Part shown: piece by piece, positions 9,079-19,030 of the stretch
Layout: each line of letters starts with the position of its first letter
Position numbering within the stretch: position 1 is the first letter of the stretch
Made by a program: the position numbers and the translations under genes
Notes under the pieces: model-generated
The model's database searches: none
What the model saw: the letters and a program-made list of their open reading frames with translations, nothing else
Told to the model about the DNA's origin: nothing
Assembly (NCBI GenBank): GCA_001916005.1
Contig: MNRP01000056.1
Coordinates: forward strand, 182 to 64,181
DNA length: 64,000 nt
Source: Clostridium sp. 26_22
GTDB lineage: Bacteria > Bacillota > Clostridia > TANB77 > CAG-508
Direction: 5' to 3'

Positions 9079-10023
9079 TTATTTCTTAATAAATTTAGAT
9101 ACGAAAAAGCCTTCCATATCTTTTGATGGTAATATTCTTATTGATTTCTTTATATCTTTTTCTAGTCCATCATTAATTCCTGGCATTGCATTTTTTATAT
9201 TTATATCTATATCAACCATTTTTAAGTTGAAGTTTTTTAATGCCCAGTCCAAAATATATTCATTCTCTTCTTTATTTAATGTACAAGTTGAATATACTAG
9301 TATACCATTTGGTTTCAATGCATCATAAGCACTTTGAAATAGTTTTTTCTGCATTTTGGTCAATTCATTAACTTTTTTAGGTGACCAAACTCTGTAACTT
9401 TGCACATCATACGCTGTAAATCTACCTTCTCCACTACATGGTGTATCTAATAAAACTCTATCAAATTGTTCTTTGTATTGTGAACCTATTTTTTCTCCAC
9501 GTCCATTTACAACCTCTACTATATCAGCACCTTGCATTTTTACATTATATTTTAATTTTTCACACCTCATCTTGTCCAACTCATTTGCTAAAACATGTCC
9601 TTTTCCATTCATTAATGATACTATTTGAGTTGTTTTACTTCCTGGTGCTGCTGTTAAATCTAATATATTTTCATTTTCTTTTGGAGCTAAAACAAGTGGT
9701 GGTACCATACTTGGTAAGCTTTGTATATAAATATAACCTTTTTGATAAATATCTAATTTTTGTATATCTTTTTCATTTGCATTTTTTATTACAAATGCAT
9801 CTGGGTACCATAATACTCTTTCGAATTTTATATTTTGCTCTTTAAAATATCTCATTAATTCTTGAGCATTATATTTTAATGTATTTACTCTTAAAGTTGT
9901 ATATCTTTTTTCAATAATACCTTTCAAAATATTGTCTACCATTCCTGGTGTAAACATTTCGTATAGATTTTCCATAAATTCTTTTGGTAGTCTATTTTTT
10001 ATTTCTGTTATTGATACTGGCAT
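9079..10023 (-). CDS. RsmB/RsmF (NOL1/NOP2/Sun) family rRNA m5C methyltransferase
   Basis: Motifs DLTAAPGSKTT, DRVLLDTPCSGEG and LVYSTCT (two catalytic Cys). Confidence 0.8.
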   Translation of the reverse strand: MPVSITEIKNRLPKEFMENLYEMFTPGMVDNILKGIIEKRYTTLRVNTLKYNAQELMRYFKEQNIKFERVLWYPDAFVIKNANEKDIQKLDIYQKGYIYIQSLPSMVPPLVLAPKENENILDLTAAPGSKTTQIVSLMNGKGHVLANELDKMRCEKLKYNVKMQGADIVEVVNGRGEKIGSQYKEQFDRVLLDTPCSGEGRFTAYDVQSYRVWSPKKVNELTKMQKKLFQSAYDALKPNGILVYSTCTLNKEENEYILDWALKNFNLKMVDIDINIKNAMPGINDGLEKDIKKSIRILPSKDMEGFFVSKFIKK

Positions 10024-10769
10024 AACATTTCCTTTCTTTTTGCCTCTTTGCGTATTTTTATTACTTCATATACACAGTAAAATGGTAATGTCATTTGTCC
10101 TACTGACATTACTAGTGTAAATAATCTTCCTGTATATTTATATATTATTTCTATTGGTGTTCCTGGGAAATTTTTTGATATAAACATTAAGTTACTATCA
10201 AATATGTTATTTACTATAAATGCTAATATACATACACATCCAACTAAACTTGCATAATATTTAATATCATTTTTTTCTATTTCTATGTACTGTGTTAAGT
10301 TTATAAGTAATCCTAAATATACCATTACTCCATGAAATATATAACTATGAATACTTACTAAATGGAACATTGGATATGATGGTAATGATGTGGTTGGAAG
10401 TATCATAAATACTACTCCTCCTACTATTCCACCTGTTGCTAAAAAGACATTTCCCATTCTTTCTAGTTTGTTTTTTCCAAATGAACTTAGTAGTCCTGCA
10501 TATAATAATAAACTACAATAATATAGTGGTACATAGTTATTTACATTTCTTATATCTCCTGTACATAATTTGAAGGCTATTATTATTGCCTCAAATATCC
10601 ACATTGTTATTGTACATTTTTTTATTATGTTTTTTATTTCATTTTTGCTTTTTGTTACTGTATTTTTTAGTGCCATTGTTATACATATTGCTGTTAGGAT
10701 TATTAGTTTTAAATGTCCTAATGTGAATATGCCACATGGTTCGTATTCTCCTGGTTTTGAAAAGAACAT
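10008..10769 (-). CDS. integral membrane protein (YwaF/TIGR02206-like)
   Basis: 253 aa with about 7 predicted TM helices. Family assignment is from memory only. Confidence 0.45.
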   Translation of the reverse strand: MFFSKPGEYEPCGIFTLGHLKLIILTAICITMALKNTVTKSKNEIKNIIKKCTITMWIFEAIIIAFKLCTGDIRNVNNYVPLYYCSLLLYAGLLSSFGKNKLERMGNVFLATGGIVGGVVFMILPTTSLPSYPMFHLVSIHSYIFHGVMVYLGLLINLTQYIEIEKNDIKYYASLVGCVCILAFIVNNIFDSNLMFISKNFPGTPIEIIYKYTGRLFTLVMSVGQMTLPFYCVYEVIKIRKEAKRKEMLCQYQ

Positions 10770-10828
10770 TTTTTTCTTCCTTTCTTTTTTTGTTATTTTA
10801 TCACATTTGGCGTTTTTTTACAAGTATC

Positions 10829-10865
10829 AAAAAAATTAGTCATACTAGCTAGAGTATAACTAATT
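10829..10865 (-). terminator. intrinsic terminator after the pilin-like gene
   Basis: 13-bp stem (one mismatch) followed by U7 on the minus strand. Confidence 0.6.
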
Positions 10866-10871
10866 TTTATA

Positions 10872-12674
10872 TTATATTCCAAATCTTTCTTTATCCACAT
10901 TGTAATTTTGAGAAATTTCTTCATCTGTTAATGCTCTATTATAAATTCTTACCGAATAAACTTCAAAATTATTAAAAGCTTCTGAACTTTCCATATTATC
11001 ATAATTCTCACCACTTGCATTTACCCCTAACGCAAATCTTGTTGAATTTATTGGTTCTTTTATCCTTCCTTCTGCATAAGTATTATACTTAATGTCATTT
11101 TCTCTATATAATATATTACTTCCATCATATTGAAGAGTTAATGAATATTTTTTATTATCATTGATTTTATTATTTGATAATGCTGTGTAATAACTACCAT
11201 CCACATTAACAGCTCCAAGCATATAACCTGAAGTATTCTTTTCAATACCCATTCCGCCACTTTCATAATTGTCAATCACATATAATTTTTTTCCATCTTT
11301 TTCATTAAGTATTTTTAATGCTATTTCTACAGTCATATTGTTATTATATATTTTTTGCATTGATACCCAATCATTTTTTCCATCTAGTAACAATGAATTT
11401 CCTGTCCATCCACTAGTTTTATTAAAATCAAAATTTTTTAAAGTAGCATTATTGTTATTTTTTGATAAATCATACCAAGTCTTTGTTTTTTTACTTTTTC
11501 CAAATTTCGAATTATATTCTCCATCATACAAACACATTAATCCATTTGAAACATAGCCTAATTCACTTGCTGATGGATTGTCTTTTATATCTTCTATTTG
11601 AAATCTTCTTTTATCTTCTTCATAATTTTTACTAATTTCATCTGCTGTTAAACTTCTATTATAAATTCTTATAGAATATACTTCTATATTCGCCATTGCT
11701 TCACTCGAATCTAAAATTGATTCATTACCTGATGGATTTGTTCCTATTACAAAAACAGTATTATTTTGTGGTTCTGAATATTGACCATTAAAATCTTCTT
11801 TTTGTATATTACTGTTAGTAGAAAAATAGATTGTTTTGTTTTTAGAATCTATTCCTGTTGACATTGAATATATTTGAGATATTTTTACATTTTTTTGATC
11901 ATAAATATTAATATATTTTCCAGTATGTATAACACCTTGTACCTTATTTGAATTTTTTAATATTCCTATTCCACCACTTTCATAATTACATATATAATTT
12001 TCTTGGCTACCTTCAGATACATCTAATACTTTTGCAACTATTTCTACAGTTATTCCATCTTCGGAGGCAGGAATTTGTGTCATCTGAACCCAATCATCAA
12101 TTCCATCTAATATTAATGAATTACTTGTCCATCCACTATCATCTGTATTATTTATATTTTTTAAAGTTCCGTTGTTATTATTTCCAGTTAAATCTTGCCA
12201 AACAGTTGCATTTTTATCATGTCCTGATACAGTATTATATATTCCATCATACCAGCATACTAGTCCATCTTGTACATATGATGATTGTAATTTTTCAAAA
12301 TCCGAAAGTTTTTCTTTTCCCGCCTCTTCAATTATTTCTAATTTTTCTCTATCAATTTTAAATTTATATTTATTTACTGTTACAATATCATCACTGTCTA
12401 TACTCATTCCATCTTTTTTTATTTGATTATCTATATATTCTTTATCATTATAATTTTTATCTCTATATTTGCTAATAGCTAGTGAGTTTAATGTTTGTAT
12501 TAATTTTTCTTTTGCTTGCTCTTTATTATATATTTCTGTTGCAGTAGTTGCATTTTGTATTAAATTGTTATTTATTATTGCTTGTATACTTATTCCTGCT
12601 AGTATTAATAAAATTATAATTGTAATAACTAACGCTATTAATGTTATTCCTTTGTTTCTTATGTTTTTTTCCAT
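10872..12674 (-). CDS. prepilin-type N-terminal domain protein with two LamG-like (Laminin_G_3) repeats
   Basis: N-terminus KGITLIALVITIIILLILAGISI (pilin-like, but Ala rather than Glu at +5). Two about 230-aa repeats each end EVYS(I/V)RIYNR(S/A)LT..EIS.NY. Confidence 0.7.
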   Translation of the reverse strand: MEKNIRNKGITLIALVITIIILLILAGISIQAIINNNLIQNATTATEIYNKEQAKEKLIQTLNSLAISKYRDKNYNDKEYIDNQIKKDGMSIDSDDIVTVNKYKFKIDREKLEIIEEAGKEKLSDFEKLQSSYVQDGLVCWYDGIYNTVSGHDKNATVWQDLTGNNNNGTLKNINNTDDSGWTSNSLILDGIDDWVQMTQIPASEDGITVEIVAKVLDVSEGSQENYICNYESGGIGILKNSNKVQGVIHTGKYINIYDQKNVKISQIYSMSTGIDSKNKTIYFSTNSNIQKEDFNGQYSEPQNNTVFVIGTNPSGNESILDSSEAMANIEVYSIRIYNRSLTADEISKNYEEDKRRFQIEDIKDNPSASELGYVSNGLMCLYDGEYNSKFGKSKKTKTWYDLSKNNNNATLKNFDFNKTSGWTGNSLLLDGKNDWVSMQKIYNNNMTVEIALKILNEKDGKKLYVIDNYESGGMGIEKNTSGYMLGAVNVDGSYYTALSNNKINDNKKYSLTLQYDGSNILYRENDIKYNTYAEGRIKEPINSTRFALGVNASGENYDNMESSEAFNNFEVYSVRIYNRALTDEEISQNYNVDKERFGI

Positions 12675-12686
12675 TGTTTTCTCCTT

Positions 12687-12708
12687 ATATTAAGTTGAAA
12701 CTTAATAT
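12687..12708. repeat. 22-nt palindrome ATATTAAGTT-GA-AACTTAATAT abutting the RBS of the pilin-like gene
   Basis: Read directly. Shares its core with the palindrome at 12826-12852. Confidence 0.7.
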
Positions 12709-12783
12709 AAAACAAACACTAGAAATATACTGAGTTATTAACATTTTTATTTTTTAGTATTATATTATTTTAAATTTGAACTA

Positions 12784-12812
12784 TTGATTTTTTATTTAAG
12801 TTATGTTATATT
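12784..12812 (+). promoter_or_regulatory. putative promoter TTGATT-17-TATATT (TG extended -10) pointing away from the pilin-like gene
   Basis: Hexamers and 17-nt spacer read directly. Located inside the palindrome-flanked segment. Confidence 0.35.
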
Positions 12813-12825
12813 TTGAGTGTAAGAA

Positions 12826-12852
12826 ATTAATTAAGTTTCAAACTTAATTAAT
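12826..12852. repeat. 27-nt palindrome (13-bp arms, core ATTAAGTTT-C-AAACTTAAT)
   Basis: Read directly. Partner of 12687-12708. Confidence 0.7.
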
Positions 12853-12872
12853 AAAATACTTTATCTAATACA

Positions 12873-12916
12873 CAAAAAAGAAAAATTAAGATTGTCTCCA
12901 ATGTCTTAATTTTTCT
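12873..12916 (-). terminator. intrinsic terminator overlapping the ptsI stop
   Basis: 13-bp stem AGAAAAAUUAAGA/UCUUAAUUUUUCU followed by U6. Confidence 0.6.
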
Positions 12917-14592
12917 TTTGTCTCTTCCGCAGTAGGCATTTTCAAAATATCTTCTGCAAGTTTTTTACATTCAGAATATTTCAAATCCAATATCAGCTTT
13001 CTAGCTTTTAATACTTTATTAGCATTCATAGAAAACTCATCCAATCCAAGTCCTATAAGTAATGGAATATACAGTAACTCTCCAGCTGATTCGCCACACA
13101 TTCCACACTTAATTTTATTCTTATGAGCGCCATTTATTGCTGATTTGATTAGCCTTATAACCGCAGGATTATACATTGTATATAAATTAGCAATTTTTTC
13201 ATTTCCACGTTCTACTGCAACTGTATACTGAATTAAATCATTTGTTCCAATGCTAAAGAAATCACACTCTTTTCCAAATTCTTCTGCCATTATTGCAGTT
13301 GATGGTATTTCTACCATTATTCCTATTTTGATATCCTTTTTAAATGCAATATTTTGTTTTTCTAATTCTTTTTTTACATCTTCAATTATGTCTTTCGTTT
13401 CTCTTAGTTCTTCTATTGAAGATACCATTGGTAACATTATTGATAAATTTCCAAATGCACTTGCTCTTAAGATTGCTCTTATTTGTGTTTTGAATAGTGC
13501 TATGTTATCTAAGCAAATTCTAATTGCTCTATAACCCAAAAACGGATTTTGTTCTTTAGGTAATTCCATATATTTTAAATCTTTGTCTCCTCCAATATCT
13601 AGTGTTCTTATTACTACTTTTTTATTTTGCAACTTTTGTGCAATCTTTTTATATGCCATAAATTGTTGTTCTTCTGTTGGAAAGTTTTCTGAATTCATAT
13701 ATAGAAATTCGCTTCTAAATAATCCAACTCCTTCTGCAGTGTTAGAAATCACCAACTCTGTATCTTCTGGTACTCCAATGTTTGATAGCAATTCTATTTT
13801 GTGTCCATCTATTGTTTTTGTTTCTTTATTCTTGTATTTTTCAAGTTCTTCTTTTTCTTGTTTTAGTTTTTCTTTTAGTTCTCCAAGTTCAACACATTCT
13901 TCCTCTGTTGGATTTACAAAAATCTCTCCTGTTGTTCCATTTATTGCTATAAAGTCTTTTTCTCTTAATACTTGTATTGCGTGTTTTATTCCTACTATTG
14001 CAGGAATTTCATGGGTTCTTGCCATTATTGATACATGTGAATTTGTTCCTCCAAGTTCTGTTACTATTCCTGCAATATTATTTAAATCTAATTTTGCAGT
14101 ATCTGAAGTAGTCATTTCTTTTGCTACTATTATGGTATTACGTGGTAAATGAGAAAAGTCTATTACTTCTTTATTTAATAATTTTGCAATGATTTTTTTC
14201 TTCATATCTAATATATCTGAACTTCTTGATGCTAAGTAGGTATCATCCATATTTTCAAATATTTGTGTTATTGAATTAAAACCTACCTCTGTAGCATATG
14301 CTGAATTATATTTTTCTTCTTTGATTATTTTTAAAGTTTGTTCTGTTAGTGTTTCATCTTTTAAAATCATTAAATATGCTTGCATTATGTCTTTTTCTGT
14401 TCCTGAAGTTTTTTTTATTATTTCCTCTGTGTCTTTTATTACTGAATTTAAAGCTTCATTGAATTTTTCTGTTTCTTCTTCTACATTGTCTATCTTAGAT
14501 TTTTCTACTCTTAAATCTTCTGGTTTTAGTAATACAACTTTACCAAAGCCTATTCCATTAGAAACTCCTTTTCCTTTTAACACTTTTCTCAT
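12886..14592 (-). CDS. ptsI: phosphoenolpyruvate-protein phosphotransferase (PTS enzyme I)
   Basis: Motifs GGTNSHVSIMAR (active-site His) and KCGMCGESAG. Start taken at the ATG at 14592, which has a GGAG RBS, rather than the longest ORF. Confidence 0.9.
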   Translation of the reverse strand: MRKVLKGKGVSNGIGFGKVVLLKPEDLRVEKSKIDNVEEETEKFNEALNSVIKDTEEIIKKTSGTEKDIMQAYLMILKDETLTEQTLKIIKEEKYNSAYATEVGFNSITQIFENMDDTYLASRSSDILDMKKKIIAKLLNKEVIDFSHLPRNTIIVAKEMTTSDTAKLDLNNIAGIVTELGGTNSHVSIMARTHEIPAIVGIKHAIQVLREKDFIAINGTTGEIFVNPTEEECVELGELKEKLKQEKEELEKYKNKETKTIDGHKIELLSNIGVPEDTELVISNTAEGVGLFRSEFLYMNSENFPTEEQQFMAYKKIAQKLQNKKVVIRTLDIGGDKDLKYMELPKEQNPFLGYRAIRICLDNIALFKTQIRAILRASAFGNLSIMLPMVSSIEELRETKDIIEDVKKELEKQNIAFKKDIKIGIMVEIPSTAIMAEEFGKECDFFSIGTNDLIQYTVAVERGNEKIANLYTMYNPAVIRLIKSAINGAHKNKIKCGMCGESAGELLYIPLLIGLGLDEFSMNANKVLKARKLILDLKYSECKKLAEDILKMPTAEETKEKLRHWRQS

Positions 14593-14599
14593 CTCCTTT

Positions 14600-14755
14600 T
14601 TATTCTCCAAAATTATTTTCAAATGCTTCTGTAATTTCTTTTAATGCTTGGTTTTCATTTTCTCCATCACAAGTTATTTCTATTTCTGTATTTTCTTTTA
14701 TTCCAGCTGACATTATTGAAAGGGGAGATTTTGCATTGATTTTTTTGTCATTCAT
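14600..14755 (-). pseudogene. ptsH: HPr-like C-terminal half only (no His15 region)
   Basis: 51-aa ORF MNDKKINAKSPLSIMSAGIKENTEIEITCDGENENQALKEITEAFENNFGE matches the HPr C-terminal half. Its ATG overlaps the TGA of the fruA relic. Confidence 0.6.
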
Positions 14756-16393
14756 GGATTTCCAATTAATGATACTACAAATATTCCTCCATGTGGTGCC
14801 ATTAGTGTACAGTTAAAGGCCATTGATAATGCTCCTGAAACTGCTGAGCCAACAACACATGCTGGTATTACACGTATTGGGTCTGCTAAAGCAAATGGTA
14901 TTGCACCTTCTGATATAAATGATAAGCCCATTACGTAATTTAATAGTCCTGCTTGTCTTTCTTTTTTTGGTATTTTTTTAGGGAAAAATGTTGCTAATAT
15001 TGCTATTGCAAGTGGTGCAACCATTCCACCTATCATAACTGCTGCCATAATTTCATAGTGCCCTTCTGCTAACATTCCTGTTCCAAAAGTATATGCTGCT
15101 TTATTTACTGGTCCTCCTAAATCAACTGACATCATTCCAGCAAGTATTGCTCCTAGTATTATTTTATTTGTTCCACTCATTGATGATAAGAAATTGTTTA
15201 GTCCTGTATTTATTGCTGATACGAATGGATTTATTAATAACATTATAATTCCTATTAAAAGTATTCCAGCAACTGGGTAAATTAATATTGTTCTAATTCC
15301 TTCTAAGCTTTTAGGCATAAATGAAAATACTTTTTTCAAAAATAATATTACAAATCCACCTAAGAATCCTGCTATTAATGCTCCTAAAAATCCTGAACTT
15401 ACTAATACCTATTCTGGATTACTAAGTGAGGTGAAGGTTGTTCCAGCTTTTGCAATAGCTCCTCCAACAAACCCTACTACAAGTCCTGGTCTATCTCCAA
15501 TACTCATTGCAATATAACCTGCAAGAATTAGTAACATAAAGTCAAATGCCATTCCACCAATAGTTTTAAAGAAACTTGCTACTGGTGTATTCATTCCAAA
15601 GTTTGATGGATCTATTGAGTAATCATCCAATAAAAATGCTATTGCTATTAAAATTCCTCCACCTACTACAAATGGTAACATATGTGTTACACCATTCATT
15701 AAGTGTTTATATAATTGCTTTTGCTTTTTTTATTTCTTCATCTGTTAATATATTTTTTGCTCCAGATTGTCCTTGTGTTTCTACTTTTATTGGATGCCCA
15801 AGTTCGTTTCCCATTTGTTCTAAGCTTTCTGCTGCCATATACGTATGTGCTATTCCTGTTGGACAACCTGTAATTCCAAGAAGTTCATAAGTTTGTTTAT
15901 TTCCATTTTCTTCTTTTTGTTTATCATCTTCTATTTTTTCTTTTTCTGCTTCATTTATTATTTCTATGAATTCTTCTTTTGTTTTTGCATTTATTAGTTT
16001 TTTTCTAAAGTTTTCATCCATTAATAAAGTTGATAATCTACTTAATACTTCTAGGTGTATATTTTCTTTGGTATCTGGTGCTGCTATTAAGAATAATAGT
16101 TTTACTGGTTTTCCATCTAAGGATTCAAAGTCTGCTCCTTCTGGTATTACCATTGCAGATACTCCAGGTGCTGTTATACATTCTCCTTTACCATGTGGAA
16201 TTGCTATTTCTTCTCCAATTCCAGTTGAACTTTGTTTTTCTCTTTGTGTTACGAGTTCTAAGTATTTTTGTTCATCTTTAATGTTACCGTTTTTTGTCAT
16301 TAATTTTACTGCTTTTTCTATGAGTTCTTCTTTGTTTTTTGCTTTTACATTTAAATCTATAGAAGCGGTACTTATTAAATCTGTAATTTTCAT
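14752..16393 (-). pseudogene. fruA: fructose-specific PTS EIIABC, disrupted
   Basis: IIA and the start of IIB are intact (GITGCPTGIAHTYMAAE). The rest of IIB is deleted, with a frame change at about 15700-15710. There is an in-frame TAG at 15409-15411 within IIC, and the IIC C-terminus is missing at 14752. Confidence 0.75.
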
Positions 16394-16407
16394 AATTTAA
16401 CTCCTCT

Positions 16408-17322
16408 CTATTTTAATAATTCGTATATTTCTTCTTTGGTTGCTAAAAATTCCGAATTTACAGTTGCTGCTCCTGCTGCCATTCCCATTCTAAAAGCTTT
16501 ATCGTGATTTTTAAATAATTCATACCCAGCAATAAAACCTGCCACCATTGAGTCTCCTGCTCCTACTGTATTTATTATTTTTGAATTTGGATTTCTTAAA
16601 GCATCCATCTTATAGGTATAACCATTTTCATCTATATAAACTGCTCCTTGACCTCCCATAGAAACTATTACATTTTTTGCTCCTTTTTCTTGTAAAAGTT
16701 CTGCATATTGTAATGCTTGTTCTTTGTCCATAATTTTTGTATTAAAGATTTCTTCTAATTCTTCTTTATTTGGTTTTATTAAAAATGGCTTATATTTTAA
16801 AGTGTTTAAAAGCAAGTCTTTTGTTGCATCTACTATAATTTTTATTTCTTTTTCTTTTAGTTTTTCACAAATTTCCTCATATATGTTATTTTCAATTCCT
16901 TTTGAAACACTTCCTGATAAAACCAATATATCTCCATTTTTTATTTTTTCTAATTTTTGAAATAAAATTTCTACATTATCTTTATCTATTATTGGTCCTG
17001 TACAATTAATAGCTGTTTCTTCTGTATTAGAGTTTTTTGCTATTTTTACATTAATTCTTGAATTTGAGTTTTTCAATTTCACAAAGTCTGTTTTTATATT
17101 GTATTTTTCTATTTCTTCTTTAATTTTATTTCCTGTAAAACCTGCAATAAATCCTAAAGTTGTTGTTTCTATGCCTAAAGAATTTAAAACAATTGAAACA
17201 TTAATCCCTTTACCTCCTGGTAATATAATTTCTTGATTGCTTCTATTAATTTTTCCAATTTCAAAGTTTTCTATTTTTATTATATAATCCAAGGCAGGAT
17301 TAAAAGTTACTGTATATACCAT
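16408..17322 (-). CDS. fruK: 1-phosphofructokinase
   Basis: 304 aa, PfkB family. Motifs GGKGINVS and VGAGDSMVAGF. Confidence 0.85.
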   Translation of the reverse strand: MVYTVTFNPALDYIIKIENFEIGKINRSNQEIILPGGKGINVSIVLNSLGIETTTLGFIAGFTGNKIKEEIEKYNIKTDFVKLKNSNSRINVKIAKNSNTEETAINCTGPIIDKDNVEILFQKLEKIKNGDILVLSGSVSKGIENNIYEEICEKLKEKEIKIIVDATKDLLLNTLKYKPFLIKPNKEELEEIFNTKIMDKEQALQYAELLQEKGAKNVIVSMGGQGAVYIDENGYTYKMDALRNPNSKIINTVGAGDSMVAGFIAGYELFKNHDKAFRMGMAAGAATVNSEFLATKEEIYELLK

Positions 17323-17402
17323 TTCTTTTTCTCCTCTTTTGAAAAAGTTTGAATTTTTATCTCTTTTTAAATATTTCCAAATTTATAATAAATATTAATT
17401 TA

Positions 17403-17714
17403 TTATAGTTCAAATATTTTTTCTAAGGCTTCTGCAACCCCTTCGTTATTGTTTGTTGTTGTAATAATATCTGCTCTTTCATATAATTCTTTTACTGCAT
17501 TTTTCATTGCTATTTTATAGCCTACTGTTTCAAACATTTCTATATCATTTCTTCCATCTCCAATTGCTATTGTTTGTGATAAATCTATTTTTAAATATTT
17601 GCTTAGATTTCTTATTGCATCTCCTTTTGTTGTATTTGGTGCCATTATATCTGTTATATATGGATTACTAATATAACCATTTTTTACTTTTCTTTGTTTT
17701 TGAGTTAGTCCCAT
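17403..17714 (-). pseudogene. C-terminal fragment of a Cof-type HAD-IIB phosphatase
   Basis: Only about 85 aa of the C-terminal core remain (TKGDAIRNL...IAIGDGRNDIEMF...AMKNA). Intact members are about 260 aa. Confidence 0.6.
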
Positions 17715-17782
17715 TTTTTTGCCTCCTATTTTTGTTATTTTGTATTTGTTTTTGTTTTTGTTTTTTTATACTGAATAACTTG

Positions 17783-17820
17783 AAAAAAGCTAGAAATTCA
17801 TTTCGAATTTCTAGCTTTTT
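17783..17820 (-). terminator. intrinsic (bidirectional) terminator after the M29 aminopeptidase gene
   Basis: 12-bp stem AGCUAGAAAUUC/GAAUUUCUAGCU flanked by A6 and T5. Confidence 0.65.
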
Positions 17821-17831
17821 ATTTTATAAAA

Positions 17832-18950
17832 TTATATTAAATTTTCTGGATTTAATGCTTCTAATTCTGGTAATACAAATATTCCATCTTTTCTAACAAG
17901 AACATCATCAAAATACATTTCTCCGCCACCGTATTCTTTTCTTTGAATGTTTACAATGTCCCAATGTATACTTGATCTATTTCCATTGTCACTTTCCTCT
18001 AGAGCTTCTCCAGGTGTAAAGTGGAAACTTCCTTTTATTTTTTCATCAAATAATGTGTCTCCAATTGGTTTTTCTACATAAGGATTTAAACCTAATGCAA
18101 ATTCGCCTATATAACGAGCTCCTTTATCTGTATCTAAGATTTTGTTTAGCATTTCTGTGTTATTTGAGGTTGCTTTTACTATTTTTCCATTTTCAAATTC
18201 AAATCTAATATTATTAAATAAAACTCCATTATATGTTGTTTCTATATTATATGTAATATAACCATTTACACTATCTTTAACTGGTGCAGTAGCTACTTCT
18301 CCATCTGGAATATTGAATGTTCCCATATATTTTTCTGCTGGTATTCCTTTTATACTGAAAGTTAAATCTGTTCCTGGTCCTACAATATGAACTTTATCTG
18401 TTTTATTCATTAAGTCTTTTAAATTATCCATTGCTTTTGACATTTTTGCATAATCTAAATTACATACATTAAAATAGAAATCTTCAAAATTTTCTAAATT
18501 CATTTTACTCATTTGTGCCATTGAGTTATTTGGATATCTTAATATACACCATTTTGTTCTTTTTACTCTTTCTTCAAAGTGTACTGGTATCATATAATAT
18601 TTATTGTACATTTCCATTATTTTGCTATCTATGTTTGATATTTCTGAGGTGTTTGATGATGCTCTAATTCCTATATATGCGTCCATGTCTTTCATTCTTG
18701 CTGTATCATGTTTACTATATAATTTGATTTGTTCTTCTGTTGCATTTTCTAACATTATTCTTAGTAATTCATAATTTATTATGTTGAAGTATGGTCTAGC
18801 TTTCATTTGTTCTGCTTGTCTCATTAATTCTTTTGCTAGTGGCATTCCTTCTTCTCCTAATACTTCTATCAGTAGATTGTCATTTTCTTTTAAATCTATT
18901 GAGTATGTTAATAGGTTATGCGCTAACTTTTCTATTCTTGGATCTTTCAT
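17832..18950 (-). CDS. aminopeptidase, M29 (AmpS/PepS) family
   Basis: 372 aa. Recognised family pattern (KLAHNLLTYS..., GEFALGLNP, SIHWDIV). Confidence 0.8.
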   Translation of the reverse strand: MKDPRIEKLAHNLLTYSIDLKENDNLLIEVLGEEGMPLAKELMRQAEQMKARPYFNIINYELLRIMLENATEEQIKLYSKHDTARMKDMDAYIGIRASSNTSEISNIDSKIMEMYNKYYMIPVHFEERVKRTKWCILRYPNNSMAQMSKMNLENFEDFYFNVCNLDYAKMSKAMDNLKDLMNKTDKVHIVGPGTDLTFSIKGIPAEKYMGTFNIPDGEVATAPVKDSVNGYITYNIETTYNGVLFNNIRFEFENGKIVKATSNNTEMLNKILDTDKGARYIGEFALGLNPYVEKPIGDTLFDEKIKGSFHFTPGEALEESDNGNRSSIHWDIVNIQRKEYGGGEMYFDDVLVRKDGIFVLPELEALNPENLI

Positions 18951-19030
18951 TTTTGTTCCTCTCTTTCGTTTTTTTTGTTCATTTTATCATATGCTTTTTT
19001 ATTTGTAAAATGCTATCTAATAAATTCATC

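Noticed and set aside
13583-14152. 189-aa plus-strand ORF (and similar ones at 25894-26391, 39160-39702, 16030-16400, 42049-42393)
   Set aside because: These are antisense to strongly supported minus-strand genes (ptsI, ABC ATPase, addA/GIY-YIG, fruA, M14). They show the S/F/I/L-rich composition typical of antisense frames in AT-rich DNA, have no RBS, and show no recognisable motifs.
15409-15411. In-frame TAG in fruA as a possible recoding event (pyrrolysine or readthrough)
   Set aside because: No pyl genes or PYLIS-like context are present. TAG is used as an ordinary stop elsewhere (for example rusA), and the same gene also carries two deletions. A nonsense mutation in a pseudogene is the simplest reading.
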